Positions 10,874 through 21,514 of a stretch of 64,000 bases of DNA are shown here, in pieces. The DNA comes from Massalongia carnosa. Taxonomy: Eukaryota. The translations under genes and the position numbers were made by a program. The DNA lies in contig OZ287073.1 of assembly GCA_965645245.1 (NCBI GenBank), positions 2,046,001-2,110,000 on the forward strand, read 5' to 3'. Every line of letters starts with the position of its first letter. Position 1 is the first letter of the stretch. The notes under the pieces are model-generated. The model saw nothing but the letters and a program-made list of their open reading frames with translations, searched no databases and had not been told where the DNA came from.

Positions 10874-13800
10874 GTGAATACACCCACTATCTGTCCATAC
10901 TTCAGTACAACTGCAACAAATCCAAGAACACTGTCATGGCGGACTTCCTTCGCAGGGAGGAAACCATGAAATACGGCATCCTGGCCATCCAGGATCCCTG
11001 GGCGGGGAACCCCTATCAACACACCACGCACAATCCGGTCAAAAATGTTTTCCACCTTCTCTATCCCCCCGAAACAGGAGAACAAGAGCTCCCTCCGAGA
11101 GTATGCATGTTCGTCAACAAAGACATAGCAAGCGCCTCTTGGAAGGTAACCTTCCACTCTCCCGATCTGATGACTTTGCACTTGGAATTTCCTGGCGAAA
11201 CCCAGCGAGTCATTAATATCCATAACATCTACAATCCCTCCCCCTCTCAGGGAAACTACAGCACTTTGTCAGACCTAAGCAAGGCGCTAGAGGTGGAGGG
11301 AGAACACATAGTGGTAAGGGACTTCAATCTTCACCATTCCCTATGGACTGGCGAAGACTACCGTCATCAACATCCGGAGGCAGACCAACTACTGGAGATT
11401 CTCGATCAAAGCGAGCTAGAACTTCTGCTCCCCCCTGGCACCATAACATACGATCTTAGATCAGCACAGAGCACGATAGACTTAACGTTCGCAACCCCCG
11501 CAGTGGCTTCAGCCGTACTCATGTGCGATGTGAGAAGAGAGTTGGATTATGACTCAGATCACTACCCCATTGGCACAGCATTCGATATCACCACAGTTAA
11601 GAGGGCCATAAGGTCCTCTCGCATGTGGTCTAAGACTGATAGGAAAAAACTACTAGACACGATGACAGACAAGCTCCCGGCACCTAGGAGCGTGAGCACA
11701 GTTCAAGAACTCGACAACTTGACCCATGAGTTAGTTGAAGCTATCCAGCACGCAGTGGAGACAGCAGTCCCACTTTCTAGAGGGTGCAATCATTCAAAAC
11801 TTGGCTTTACCCCGGAATGCAAAGAGGCAGTCACCCTATGCAGACGTCTCAGGCGCAAGCATAAGGAAACGCGCTCTCTGGAAGACTGGGAAGCCTACCG
11901 AGAGGCGAGAAACAGCAAAAACAAAATCGTACAAAAAGCTCTTAAGACAACACATAGAGACAGGGTAGAGGAGGCCACCAGCACTCCAGATGGTCTCTGG
12001 AAGCTTGCGAAATGGGCTAAGAACAGGTCGACCCCATTCCAAGCCTTCACCCCAACCCTAATGAAAAGCGATGGCTCCAAAGTGACGGAGGCCTCGGGCA
12101 AGGCTGAACTGCTTCGCAGACAGTTTTTTCCTATCCCGGACGCGACCAATCTTGAAGACATGGCCGATTATCACTATCCAGAGCCAATCCAATTTGCTCC
12201 CATCTCAGCTCGGGAAATAACTAAAGCCATCACAAAGGCAGCACCACTCTCGGCCCCAGGCCCCGACGGACTGCCTAATAGAATCCTCAGAGATGTGTTA
12301 CCGCTCATCATGCCCACACTTGTAGCTCTGTATAACGCCAGCTGGGAACTGGGTCATCATCCCAATGCTTTCAGAGAATCCACCACGGTGGTTCTCAGAA
12401 AACCAGCTAAGGCCGACTACAGTTTGCCGAATTCATACAGACCCATAGCCTTGCTCAACACTTTAGGTAAGACTATGGAGAAGATCATTGCAACCAGAAT
12501 CAATCACGCGGTGGAGACCGAGAGCCTACTCCCCAGACTCCATATAGGCGGCAGGCGAACTAGATCACCCGAACATGCCCTCCATCTGCTCCTAGAGGCC
12601 ATCCACGCAGCCTGGCTTAACAACGAAGTGGCCACAGTGCTCATGCTGGACATCTCGGGTGCTTACGATAACGTATCCCACGAAAGACTACTGCACAACC
12701 TACGGAAGAGAAGAATAGGCGGCAACATAGCTAAATGGATCGAAAGCTTCCTTCAGGAAAGGAAAACGACCATCGCCATGCCCGACTACACCTCGCAACC
12801 ATTCACCACGAACTTTGGAGTCCCTCAGGGATCCCCTATATCTCCTATTCTTTATCTCTTCTACAACGCCGACCTTATGGAAGAGGAAGGGTCCAAAAAG
12901 ATGAACTTAGGCTATGTCGATGACATATCCAAACTAATTATTAGAACTTCAGCAGAACAGAACTGTAGAAATCTCGAAGCCTCGTTCATGACGAGAGAGC
13001 AGAAATGGGCGGACACACACGCCTCCAAATTTGCCCCCGCCAAATTCCAGCTCTTGCACTTTATCAAAGGACCCTCAGAGACGGATTTGAACCCCCAAGA
13101 GAGAGCTATCTCCCTAGCGGGCAAAACCATCAAGCCACAGCATACCGCCACCTACCTGGGCGCCACATTCGACGACAAGCTCAAATGGCACGCCCATTTA
13201 AGGAAACTGGAAGCCAAAACCTCAAAGAGACTGGGGGCCCTAGGCAGCCTTGCGGGCTCCACATGGGGCACCAGTCTTGCGAGCCTTCGAAGGATCTATC
13301 AAGCCACCATACTACCGCAACTCACCTTTGGATGCTCTGCATGGTATGTTCCCGAGGGCGGATACGGGACTATCACGCAAGCAACCGCCGTGCTCAAAGC
13401 CGTCAGATCTATTCAGCGACGGGCGGCACTGATCATTTCAGGGGCATTTAGAACAACCTCGGGCCCGGCCTTGGATATGGAGCTTCACCTCCTGCCTGGC
13501 CGGCAACGCATGGAGCAGGCAGTGAACGAGTCAATACTGCGCATACGTTCAAGCCCCCTTTACGCCATAGTACGTGAGATCCACGCCTGGAAAAGCCTAG
13601 CGGACTCCCACTATCGATACTGGAGCCCTCTAGCTAAGCTAGAGTCCCGCTTAATGACTTCGGGGAAATGCCCTCAACCCTGGCGGTTAGAGGTCATTCT
13701 TCCATTCATAGTGGAACCATGGTGGTCTCCCCCCGAAACGCACATTGCTTCCAGTAAAGAGGAAGCAATCAAAGAGCATGACAAGATGACATCAGAGCCG

Positions 13801-14724
13801 AACCAAATAGTCATATACACGGATGGGAGTGATAACCCCTTCGGAGTTGGTGCGGCAGCAGTCATCCCCAGCGACAACACACGGGTAGGAACCCGCCTCG
13901 GAACGAACAAAGAAGCCACAGTTTACCTCGCGGAACTAGTGGGCATCGACCTGGGACTGGCGGCGGCTATTGCACGATGGCAAGGGGAGATAATAACGGT
14001 TTATGCAGATAATCAATCAGCCATCAAATCAGTAGCTGACCCCGGAACTCAATCAGGTCAGTTCATACTACGCGAGATCATTGGAAGACTCCACGCATGC
14101 CGGGAGATGCAGGCCAGAGTCAGACTCTGCTGGATACCTGGGCATATGGGAGTAGAAGGCAACGAGATAGCAGACCAAGCAGCAAAAGAAGCATCAGGCT
14201 GGTTAGAACCTGGCCAGAGTCCCTCCATCACCCACTTCGACTTCCTCGGACACACAGTGAAGTCGGCGATAAAACGCAACATGAGGACAATGATCAGCAA
14301 AGAATGGGCTGGGGATTGGGAGGCAGAAAAACGCGGACAGATGACGAAAAAGCTCCTCCCCCAGCCCACTAACAAGGTCTTGCAGCTCTACCAGGGGCTT
14401 CACAAGTCAATGAGTTCCACCCTGGTGCAGATGAGAACAGGTAAGATTGGTCTACGCAAGTATCTCTCAGATATAGGCCGCACCGAAACGGGCGAATGCC
14501 CATGCGGCTTCGGTTATCAAACAGTTCACCATGTGCTTCTGGAGTGCGTCAGGCACCATCGATTGCGCATGGAGACTATCTGGATAGGCCGGAAGGTGTT
14601 CGATCTCCAAGAAATTTTTAGCACCCGCAGACTGGCCAAGGCAGCATCCAAATTCATGCTATCCTCACGTCTCCTCGGCCAATTTGGAGACGTGAGGATA
14701 GCAACCGAACAATCCACGAGTTAA
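10870..14724 (+). CDS. LINE ORF2: AP endonuclease, reverse transcriptase, RNase H, C-terminal zinc motif
   Basis: LQYNCNKS, DFNLHH, TIDLTF, SDHYPI; YRPIALLNTLGK, GVPQGSPISP, YVDD; IYTDGS, AELVGI, WIPGH.GVEGNE.AD; CPCG..QTVHHVLLEC. Confidence 0.96.
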   Translation: MSEYTHYLSILQYNCNKSKNTVMADFLRREETMKYGILAIQDPWAGNPYQHTTHNPVKNVFHLLYPPETGEQELPPRVCMFVNKDIASASWKVTFHSPDLMTLHLEFPGETQRVINIHNIYNPSPSQGNYSTLSDLSKALEVEGEHIVVRDFNLHHSLWTGEDYRHQHPEADQLLEILDQSELELLLPPGTITYDLRSAQSTIDLTFATPAVASAVLMCDVRRELDYDSDHYPIGTAFDITTVKRAIRSSRMWSKTDRKKLLDTMTDKLPAPRSVSTVQELDNLTHELVEAIQHAVETAVPLSRGCNHSKLGFTPECKEAVTLCRRLRRKHKETRSLEDWEAYREARNSKNKIVQKALKTTHRDRVEEATSTPDGLWKLAKWAKNRSTPFQAFTPTLMKSDGSKVTEASGKAELLRRQFFPIPDATNLEDMADYHYPEPIQFAPISAREITKAITKAAPLSAPGPDGLPNRILRDVLPLIMPTLVALYNASWELGHHPNAFRESTTVVLRKPAKADYSLPNSYRPIALLNTLGKTMEKIIATRINHAVETESLLPRLHIGGRRTRSPEHALHLLLEAIHAAWLNNEVATVLMLDISGAYDNVSHERLLHNLRKRRIGGNIAKWIESFLQERKTTIAMPDYTSQPFTTNFGVPQGSPISPILYLFYNADLMEEEGSKKMNLGYVDDISKLIIRTSAEQNCRNLEASFMTREQKWADTHASKFAPAKFQLLHFIKGPSETDLNPQERAISLAGKTIKPQHTATYLGATFDDKLKWHAHLRKLEAKTSKRLGALGSLAGSTWGTSLASLRRIYQATILPQLTFGCSAWYVPEGGYGTITQATAVLKAVRSIQRRAALIISGAFRTTSGPALDMELHLLPGRQRMEQAVNESILRIRSSPLYAIVREIHAWKSLADSHYRYWSPLAKLESRLMTSGKCPQPWRLEVILPFIVEPWWSPPETHIASSKEEAIKEHDKMTSEPNQIVIYTDGSDNPFGVGAAAVIPSDNTRVGTRLGTNKEATVYLAELVGIDLGLAAAIARWQGEIITVYADNQSAIKSVADPGTQSGQFILREIIGRLHACREMQARVRLCWIPGHMGVEGNEIADQAAKEASGWLEPGQSPSITHFDFLGHTVKSAIKRNMRTMISKEWAGDWEAEKRGQMTKKLLPQPTNKVLQLYQGLHKSMSSTLVQMRTGKIGLRKYLSDIGRTETGECPCGFGYQTVHHVLLECVRHHRLRMETIWIGRKVFDLQEIFSTRRLAKAASKFMLSSRLLGQFGDVRIATEQSTS

Positions 14725-15064
14725 CGGCAGGCCGGCTCTTGTTTTATCCCGCTCACAGAATAGTCTCTACCATGGTAGGGCTTGCATGTATCAACACCAA
14801 GCACAGGGGCCCAGAAGAGTGGCGTTGGAGTTCTATTTATCGATTTGTCTCAAGCGGTTTGTCCCTCTGTTCGTGTCTTCTTTTCCCTCTTCCTTGCATT
14901 CACAACCCCTTGTACAGCTAAAAGAGTTTTTGTATTTTTTGTACTTTCAGCGCTTAGTGCAGCAATTCTGCCCTCAGCAGACTTAGATACCCATCCCCTG
15001 GGACACCCCCCGATGTAGTTTAGCACTCCCGCATAAGGGCCTTCGGCCCTTGGATCGGTGTATG

Positions 15065-15090
15065 AATCAATCAATCAATCTATCAATCAA
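15065..15090 (+). repeat. (AATC)n LINE 3' tail
   Basis: AATCAATCAATCAATCTATCAATCAA at the end of the 3' UTR. Confidence 0.85.
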
Positions 15091-15599
15091 CGTTCGCATC
15101 GTCGCCCTCACGCCTGATTTGCAAAGAGTCTCATTTTATAGCGTAACAGTCTTCCTCCACCACAGCTCTACCATTAAGCTATTATTACTTTTAAAACTCT
15201 TAAAAGGGTCTTACCCGAGCCTTCGAGTACAACTACGGTATTTGCAAGATGTTATCTATAATATCCCACACATGGCATAAAGTTTCGCCACGCAGGATAG
15301 TACCTCTGTCAGAAACGAATAACGATCCTGGTTAGCGCGAAACGCCCTCTTGAGTTTTATATCATAATTACCGTGTAACTTACTTTAATTTCGTACTTCT
15401 TATAAACCCCGCTGTGGCTGACCGCATTCTAACTTCTTCTAGGCAACACCAGAAAATCCCTGTGTGCAGAAACGAGTTGAACCACCTATTGTGCCCAGGC
15501 CTTGATCGATAGCATGAGAATGCAGGACCACTGCTGACGCTGTTGGATAATACTATTGATATCTATTTAAAAATACGCCTAATATAGTTCCACTAGATC

Positions 15600-15845
15600 T
15601 AAAAACCCTAACTTCTAACAATGGCGCAACGACCCGCACAGCCCACTACTATGTTTCAAGGGCGATCCCGGTAAGGGCAAGACTATACTGCTCTGCGGCA
15701 TCGTCAACGAGCTGAAGAAGTCGATAGCCGAGAGGGATGTTCTATCGTACTTCTTCTCCCAGGCCACTGACTCGAAATTTTAAAAATGCTACGACTGTGC
15801 TACGAGGTCTCGCGTACTTGCTTGTCGATCAGCAGTCGTCGTACT
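15600..15845 (+). pseudogene. Relic of a HET-E-type NACHT domain (P-loop region) from an NLR gene
   Basis: Reads NPNF*QWRNDPHSPLLCFKGDPGKGKTILLCGIVNELKKS...LSYFFSQATDS, then after a frameshift NATTVLRGLAYLLVDQQ, typical of fungal NACHT Walker A context. Confidence 0.8.
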
Positions 15846-15876
15846 CGCTCTTGGCCCTTTCCCTTCTCGCAAGCAT

Positions 15877-17907
15877 CTAATCAATCAGAAACTCTCGCAA
15901 TTTGTAGTCGCCCTCGAAGGCTTGCCCATCCATCATACCGTTCACGTATGCTTCCCCAACAATGCGACAGTGGCCTTCTTCCACTGGTCTCAGGATCAGG
16001 GGTGTGTTCAGCGCCAGGAGAACCACGGCGAGGTCTCCAGGAGCCAATGCTTCCGGGCCGAGTCCGATATAGCCTTTCTTGGTTATGAAGTACCGCCTCC
16101 CCAGGCTTTGAGCGTCCATGATTTCCCAGAACCGCGAAGCTAGCAACTTTTCTTCATTTGTGTGACACTTTGTAGTATCAGGTTGCATGAAGCGGTCGTG
16201 GAGAAGTGAGTAGCCGTTTTTGAATGCGTGACTAGCTCTTTTATACTCGCCTTCTGCGGTGAGCTCAATGTCACCAACCGGTACTCGCCATACAGTATCT
16301 CTGAGGTCCCATGGAGACTCCTGGGTGGTTTTGTCGAGACTGATAAGATTTTCTAGTTCCTCGAACCAGTGTCCTTGAGGTTGTGAGCGGAGAAGCTGGT
16401 CACCTCTTGGGGATCCTGTAATTTGGTCAGACTTCTCTAGGCTACTCTGAGACTCGTCTGTGCTACTATTCGAAGATTGGCTCCTTTCCCTGGTCAAAAC
16501 CTTGCTGAGTGAGAGGACTGTATCGATCTCAACCCCATAGGAGCTCATTGTTGGTACATCGCTCTCTTTCTTAGAATCTACAAAGCGAGCTGTGCACAAA
16601 CTTCTTTGACGACCGGCACGGTATTGAATCTGCACCGTTGTGAAGAACTGCGTGAAAGCACCAATAGACGAAGAAATCGGTAATCGCCAGTCTGGTACCC
16701 ATGACGGCAATTTGGAAACTGTAGACTCAATACTGGGCGGCCCCGAACCGAAAGCATTTGCCCATCCCAAGATTACAATCTCTCCCTTCTTGATTAATGC
16801 CGTTGCAGCCTCAATGAATACTTTCTCAGAGGACTGTGTGTAATCCGGGACTAATCCAAGGGATTCAACATCCGCAGCCATATTCAGAACACCAAATATG
16901 TGGTCGCGGGGATCGAAAGCTTGGAGGCCGTAGCCTACGACATGGATAATACCTAAGAGATTTACCAGGGTAAGTGAGTCGTGTGCTTCATCAGAATCGT
17001 GTGTGCGGTAGATAGTCTGGAGCACCATTTCGTACTCATGGCTTTCCATGACCAGACGTAGATCTGCAGCAATGAGGGAACTGGATACTAGGGATTGCAG
17101 TTCTTGTCGACGAAGCGTAGTGTATAGGTTTTTCAGGCCAACCATGAAAACATACACTTTTGTTAGGTTGATGATTTTTTGACCCCATTGCAGCCACTCA
17201 TTAACGAAGGGCTTAGCATAGATCTCCTGCTGAATCCACACACGTCGCCAATAGGGTTGATGAACGAACGACGCCGCACCAAGGAGATTATTAACTTCTT
17301 TATTAAGATCCCAATGATTTATGTCGACATTTTGATGCCCACGAACCCAAGTTGTGTACTTGTTGAAGGAGGCATCCATCTCGTCCATGAATTCGGCGCT
17401 ACCGTCTGTTCTGGATCCAAGAAAAACCAGAAGGTTGAGTGCGTTGCGATAGATGTACAACATTTGTTGTACCTGCCAACTCTTTTCGTATTCATCGGTC
17501 TGGTTGATGCAGATGGCGTCGATCCAGAGCAGAGCATCGTCTTCTATATTTGGCAAGAGATCTGGACGAATATGTCTTAAAGCGGCGTAGAGGTTTTGCG
17601 TAACTTGGAGTGTTGTGACCGTGCCATCCTCATTCGTGACATGGATTGGTTTCTTGTTAGTGGGGTCGCCCCAAGTATATGACAAAGCAATATACGGAGG
17701 CTTGTCGTCCAAAGACGCGTGTTCAATGGAGCATTGCATAGGAAAGTCTTTTTCGATCATTGCTCGGAAGACATCATCTCTTTCAAGTAGATCGGACGCG
17801 ATAGGATCCCGAATGAAAGCGGTGACTTCGACAAAACCCTTGATACGGACAAGCCTGATCTCCCTCTTCGTGCGATCGAGTGGATTGTACTTATAAGATT
17901 GATTCAT
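15877..17907 (-). CDS. HET-domain (heterokaryon incompatibility, HET-6-like) protein, intronless, intact
   Basis: EIRL, YIALSYTWGD, VTQNLYAALRH, LWIDAICINQ.D..EKSWQVQQM..IY, YWRRVWIQQE, DPRDHIFG, PSWVPDW, GYIGLGP...GD, GEAYVNGMMDG. First ATG is at 17907. Confidence 0.93.
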   Translation of the reverse strand: MNQSYKYNPLDRTKREIRLVRIKGFVEVTAFIRDPIASDLLERDDVFRAMIEKDFPMQCSIEHASLDDKPPYIALSYTWGDPTNKKPIHVTNEDGTVTTLQVTQNLYAALRHIRPDLLPNIEDDALLWIDAICINQTDEYEKSWQVQQMLYIYRNALNLLVFLGSRTDGSAEFMDEMDASFNKYTTWVRGHQNVDINHWDLNKEVNNLLGAASFVHQPYWRRVWIQQEIYAKPFVNEWLQWGQKIINLTKVYVFMVGLKNLYTTLRRQELQSLVSSSLIAADLRLVMESHEYEMVLQTIYRTHDSDEAHDSLTLVNLLGIIHVVGYGLQAFDPRDHIFGVLNMAADVESLGLVPDYTQSSEKVFIEAATALIKKGEIVILGWANAFGSGPPSIESTVSKLPSWVPDWRLPISSSIGAFTQFFTTVQIQYRAGRQRSLCTARFVDSKKESDVPTMSSYGVEIDTVLSLSKVLTRERSQSSNSSTDESQSSLEKSDQITGSPRGDQLLRSQPQGHWFEELENLISLDKTTQESPWDLRDTVWRVPVGDIELTAEGEYKRASHAFKNGYSLLHDRFMQPDTTKCHTNEEKLLASRFWEIMDAQSLGRRYFITKKGYIGLGPEALAPGDLAVVLLALNTPLILRPVEEGHCRIVGEAYVNGMMDGQAFEGDYKLREFLID

Positions 17908-18591
17908 CAAATCCGTATGTATCTTCTAGGGTTTTTTTAATGCAATTTTAGGAAGTCGATTTGAATCGGCTTTACGTTAACGAAGTAATAATATTGAGGT
18001 TACGAGGAGTAGGCCAGCTCTTGCGAGCGCAAGAAGCGCGATCCCCGGCCGGCGCTGGGCAACGGCGTCAAAGGACACGTTGCACTAATGGAATCTTCTG
18101 GAAACATGCGCCACACTTTAACTATATATGATATAGGGCATAACAAGTATAGCTAGTTCAGTCTGAAAATACAGTATAATGTAAGGACGCTAGATTACCC
18201 CGCTCAGACGAGTCACTTTCATGTACCCCACATTCGCCCGGCCAAACTCGGAACATTAGTTTCTGATAGCCGGGTATCGTGAAAACTTGGAGCAATATTA
18301 TTTCTTGATAGGAGCTTCGTGCTACGGTCCCGAAATTTGGAGATAGGCCAATAGTCATGATAGAGCAGGGAGGAACAGCCGAAATGACTATCAACACTAC
18401 CAACGGGACAATTGATAACATGACCATAATCATAGTATTTTCTTACTGCAGACCGAACCCTTGTAGAGAAATAGTTAAAGAACAATAGCAAACTAATTGT
18501 AACTTTGAAATATTTATTTGGTAGAGATTTGAGACTCCCAAATCATAAAGTCGTACCGGCACGTAGGGTTTTCCGCCACGCAGGGATGGAA

Positions 18592-18905
18592 GTTATATAC
18601 TTTCTCAGTGTATATACCTTCCGAGTGCTATACTTTTCAAGTGTATATACTTTCCCAGTGTATATACCTTCCCAGTACATATACTTTCAAGTGCATATAC
18701 TTTCCCAGTGCATATACCTTCCCAGTGTATCTACCTTCCCAGTGCATCTACCCAGTGCATCTACCTTCCCAGTGCATCTACCTTCCAAGTGCATCTACCT
18801 TCCAAGTGCATCTACTTTCCAAGTGCATCTACTTTCCAAGTGCATCTACTTTCCAAGTGCATCTACTTTCCGAGTGCATCTACTTTCCGAGTGTATACTT
18901 TTCAG
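18592..18905. repeat. Minisatellite, 17-bp unit (consensus AGTGCATCTACTTTCCA), about 18 copies
   Basis: Head-to-tail units; all three frames show a 17-aa period (51 nt = 3 units). Confidence 0.93.
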
Positions 18906-19486
18906 AGAACTTCCACTATCCGTGCCGCGTAGCTGGCACTCAGTCCACTGGACTGAGTGCCGAACACCCATATAACCCAGCCCAGCCCTACGGTCATGAT
19001 ATTATGGGGCCCGCCGGGGTGCATGTTTCTCCAGTTCCGCCCTCCAGATCGTCGATCACTAATGCCCTATAACGCATTTCTTTCTCCGTCATGGCTTCTT
19101 CCTCCACTTCGACTAAGTGTTTAATTGATGCTTTAGCTGCCCGTACCATCATTCAAGACTACCATGATTTCAGATATGTGATCGCTCACCAACCAAACAA
19201 CAATCGCAGACGGCAGTACTGACGCTTGCCTTCGGTGCACAGGATGGTCACAATCCCGGAAGTCTCGACACTATCAGAATCGCAGCAGACCGTAGTTCTC
19301 AATAAAGCATAGTACAGGCTGAGATATATTAAAATGGCCCTGAAGAGCCAAGCTAACGTTGCTTCTTAGACAACTGCAGGCGGCACATGCTCTCGCGTCG
19401 AGACTACAGTTCGTCCAAACATCCCTACGTTTCGTCCCTATACTAATACTGTGACAACGTAGGTCTATGACACCGCCGGTGGACGA

Positions 19487-19659
19487 TGTCAGGGTCCTAG
19501 CCTGACATAGGGCTGAGATGGAAGGGGGGAGCACGCGAGGCTAGCGCGACACTCGGTGCAGATATTTCTAGCGAGTCGCGCACAATGTTTCTTTTCTTCT
19601 TTTGTAGATAAATTTTAGTTTAATAGCGGTTGATTAGAATCGACGACAGCTTCCTTACA
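19487..19659 (+). repeat. Gypsy A 5' LTR
   Basis: TGTCAGG...CCTTACA; about 5 differences from the 3' LTR. Confidence 0.95.
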
Positions 19660-19868
19660 CAATTTATCTACCTATTAGTATTCTTTCTTCCAGAACTTCC
19701 AGTAGGAACGAGGTCCCGTTCCAGCAACTTTCTTCCAGATAGGGTGAAAACCCGTTCCAGTAACTTTCCACACTGATCGTTTGTGCGAATCCAAACCGAT
19801 CCAAATTCCAGAACTTCCAGAACTTTTAGAATCAGGGAATCAAGCTTTCCCATTGTCAGAATCCAGTC

Positions 19869-21514
19869 ATGAGCTCAAAAACGCCCATGACGGCGAGAAA
19901 GGCCGTAGCCCCTCCCGCAGAGGCCCAGACCGGCCCAGCATTTAACACCCGCGCTCGTTCCGTCTCCCATCATTCGTCTCGCTCGGATAGCAGCATGCCG
20001 GGAACGTTTGAAGACTCCGAATTACCTCAGAACGAACAGATTAAAGAAACCACGGAGGGGAGGTGGAAAAAAACCCCAAGAGCAGGACATGAAAAAGAAA
20101 AGAAGTTTTTTCAGAAGATCGATGTCTCCTATCATCCATATTACGAGAAGGAAGCCGCGGAACATCAGTCCCACGTTGCAGCACACAATTTAAAGGAATT
20201 GCAGAGCATCTTGCGAGACGAGAAAGAAGGACCCCGATGGTATGACTTCCTCGCGAGAGCGCTCGAATACGACAAGACCCTATTCAACAAATACATCTCC
20301 TTGCAGGGCGACCTGGAGAAGCTTGGCGAGGCCAAAAAGATCAACAGACGTTACAAACAATACATGAACGTCTCATCACGGAAAAAGACGATGCCGAACG
20401 AGAGGCCCTTCTTGCGCAAGAAGAACTATCGCATAGAGATATCGAATTCAAGGCAATGACTATAGCAAAAGAGAGATTACAGAAAAACATAGACTCCCTG
20501 GTCCGCCAGTTAGCGGAAACACGGGAAACACCACGTCATCAACGAGAAGATACCGTTACTACCAGAAGCACCAACACCAACCCCCAGAATTGGCGACCCC
20601 GTGGTATAAACCCTAGCAAGCCACTTAAAAGTGAGAACTCGGAGGAGTATAGTCCTTGGGCGTACTCCGTCCGCAATAAACTGAAGACAGACGCACCCCT
20701 CTACGCCGATGAGAACGAAAAGATCGGTTACGCGCTGTCTCAAATGGAAGCGCCGATCTTCGGGGCTATGCACTCTTGGATAGTGGATATGGGAGACTCA
20801 CTATCGGCCGACGCTTTATTCGAAGAGATAGAGCACTATATGGGCATTCACCTCCAGAGTTGCGACGCCAAGAAAGAACTCCTCACCGTCACCATGAAAG
20901 GGGACGAAAGCTTCAGCGAGTATTATCACCGAATCTTCAAGCTATGGCAGAAAGCCAAAACTCCCGTTGACGAGCGAATTGAGAAGTTCCTCGTGACGTT
21001 AAAGCCTAGCATCTCCAACTCTCTTATGGGTTCAGTCTTGACTGATTTCCGCCCTTTACTTGACGAAGCACGAAGAATCGAAGACCGCCGCAAAGATGTG
21101 GCGCTCCACTTTCCTCGTCCCGATAAACCAGCCGCAACGAAGAATTCCAGCCAACGAAGCAACTTCTCCAGCGGACAATCCTCAACCTAGTCCTCCGGCG
21201 GAAAGTCCGCCTCATCCTCCATCAATCAAACCAGCTCCAAGAAATCTGATGATCGGCCGAATGCGAAACTGATGCCAACGATAGTCAAACCGGCCGGTTG
21301 GGTAGGCACCTGGTATGATCCAGACCCAAACCCAAAGAAGCTGAAGGACGACGAGCGCGAGTCCCTCTCCCGTCAACGCCGATGCTGGGCATGCAGGGGA
21401 TCAGGACATCGAGGAAACGATACCATTTGTCCTCAGTACAGGGACAAGAAATTGAGCACCATGAGAACAGTAGAAACAGATTCGGGAGTGGAATCTGAGG
21501 CGGGAAAAGCCTAG
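19869..21514 (+). pseudogene. gag: Gypsy A gag (frameshift ~20360, stop at 21188-21190)
   Basis: Colinear with the intact 548-aa Gag at 47663-49309; CWACRGSGHRGNDTIC knuckle. Confidence 0.92.

Larger units (their letters stand above)
9511..15090 (+). mobile_element. Tad-like non-LTR retrotransposon (LINE), 5'-disrupted, with (AATC)n tail
   Basis: ORF1 with zinc knuckles, ORF2 with APE-RT-RNase H, tandem AATC tail 15065-15090. Confidence 0.95.

Noticed and set aside
18505..19072. ORFs over the 17-bp array, and the array as a CRISPR
   Set aside because: Frames are open only because the unit lacks stops; units are contiguous with no spacers and no cas genes are present.
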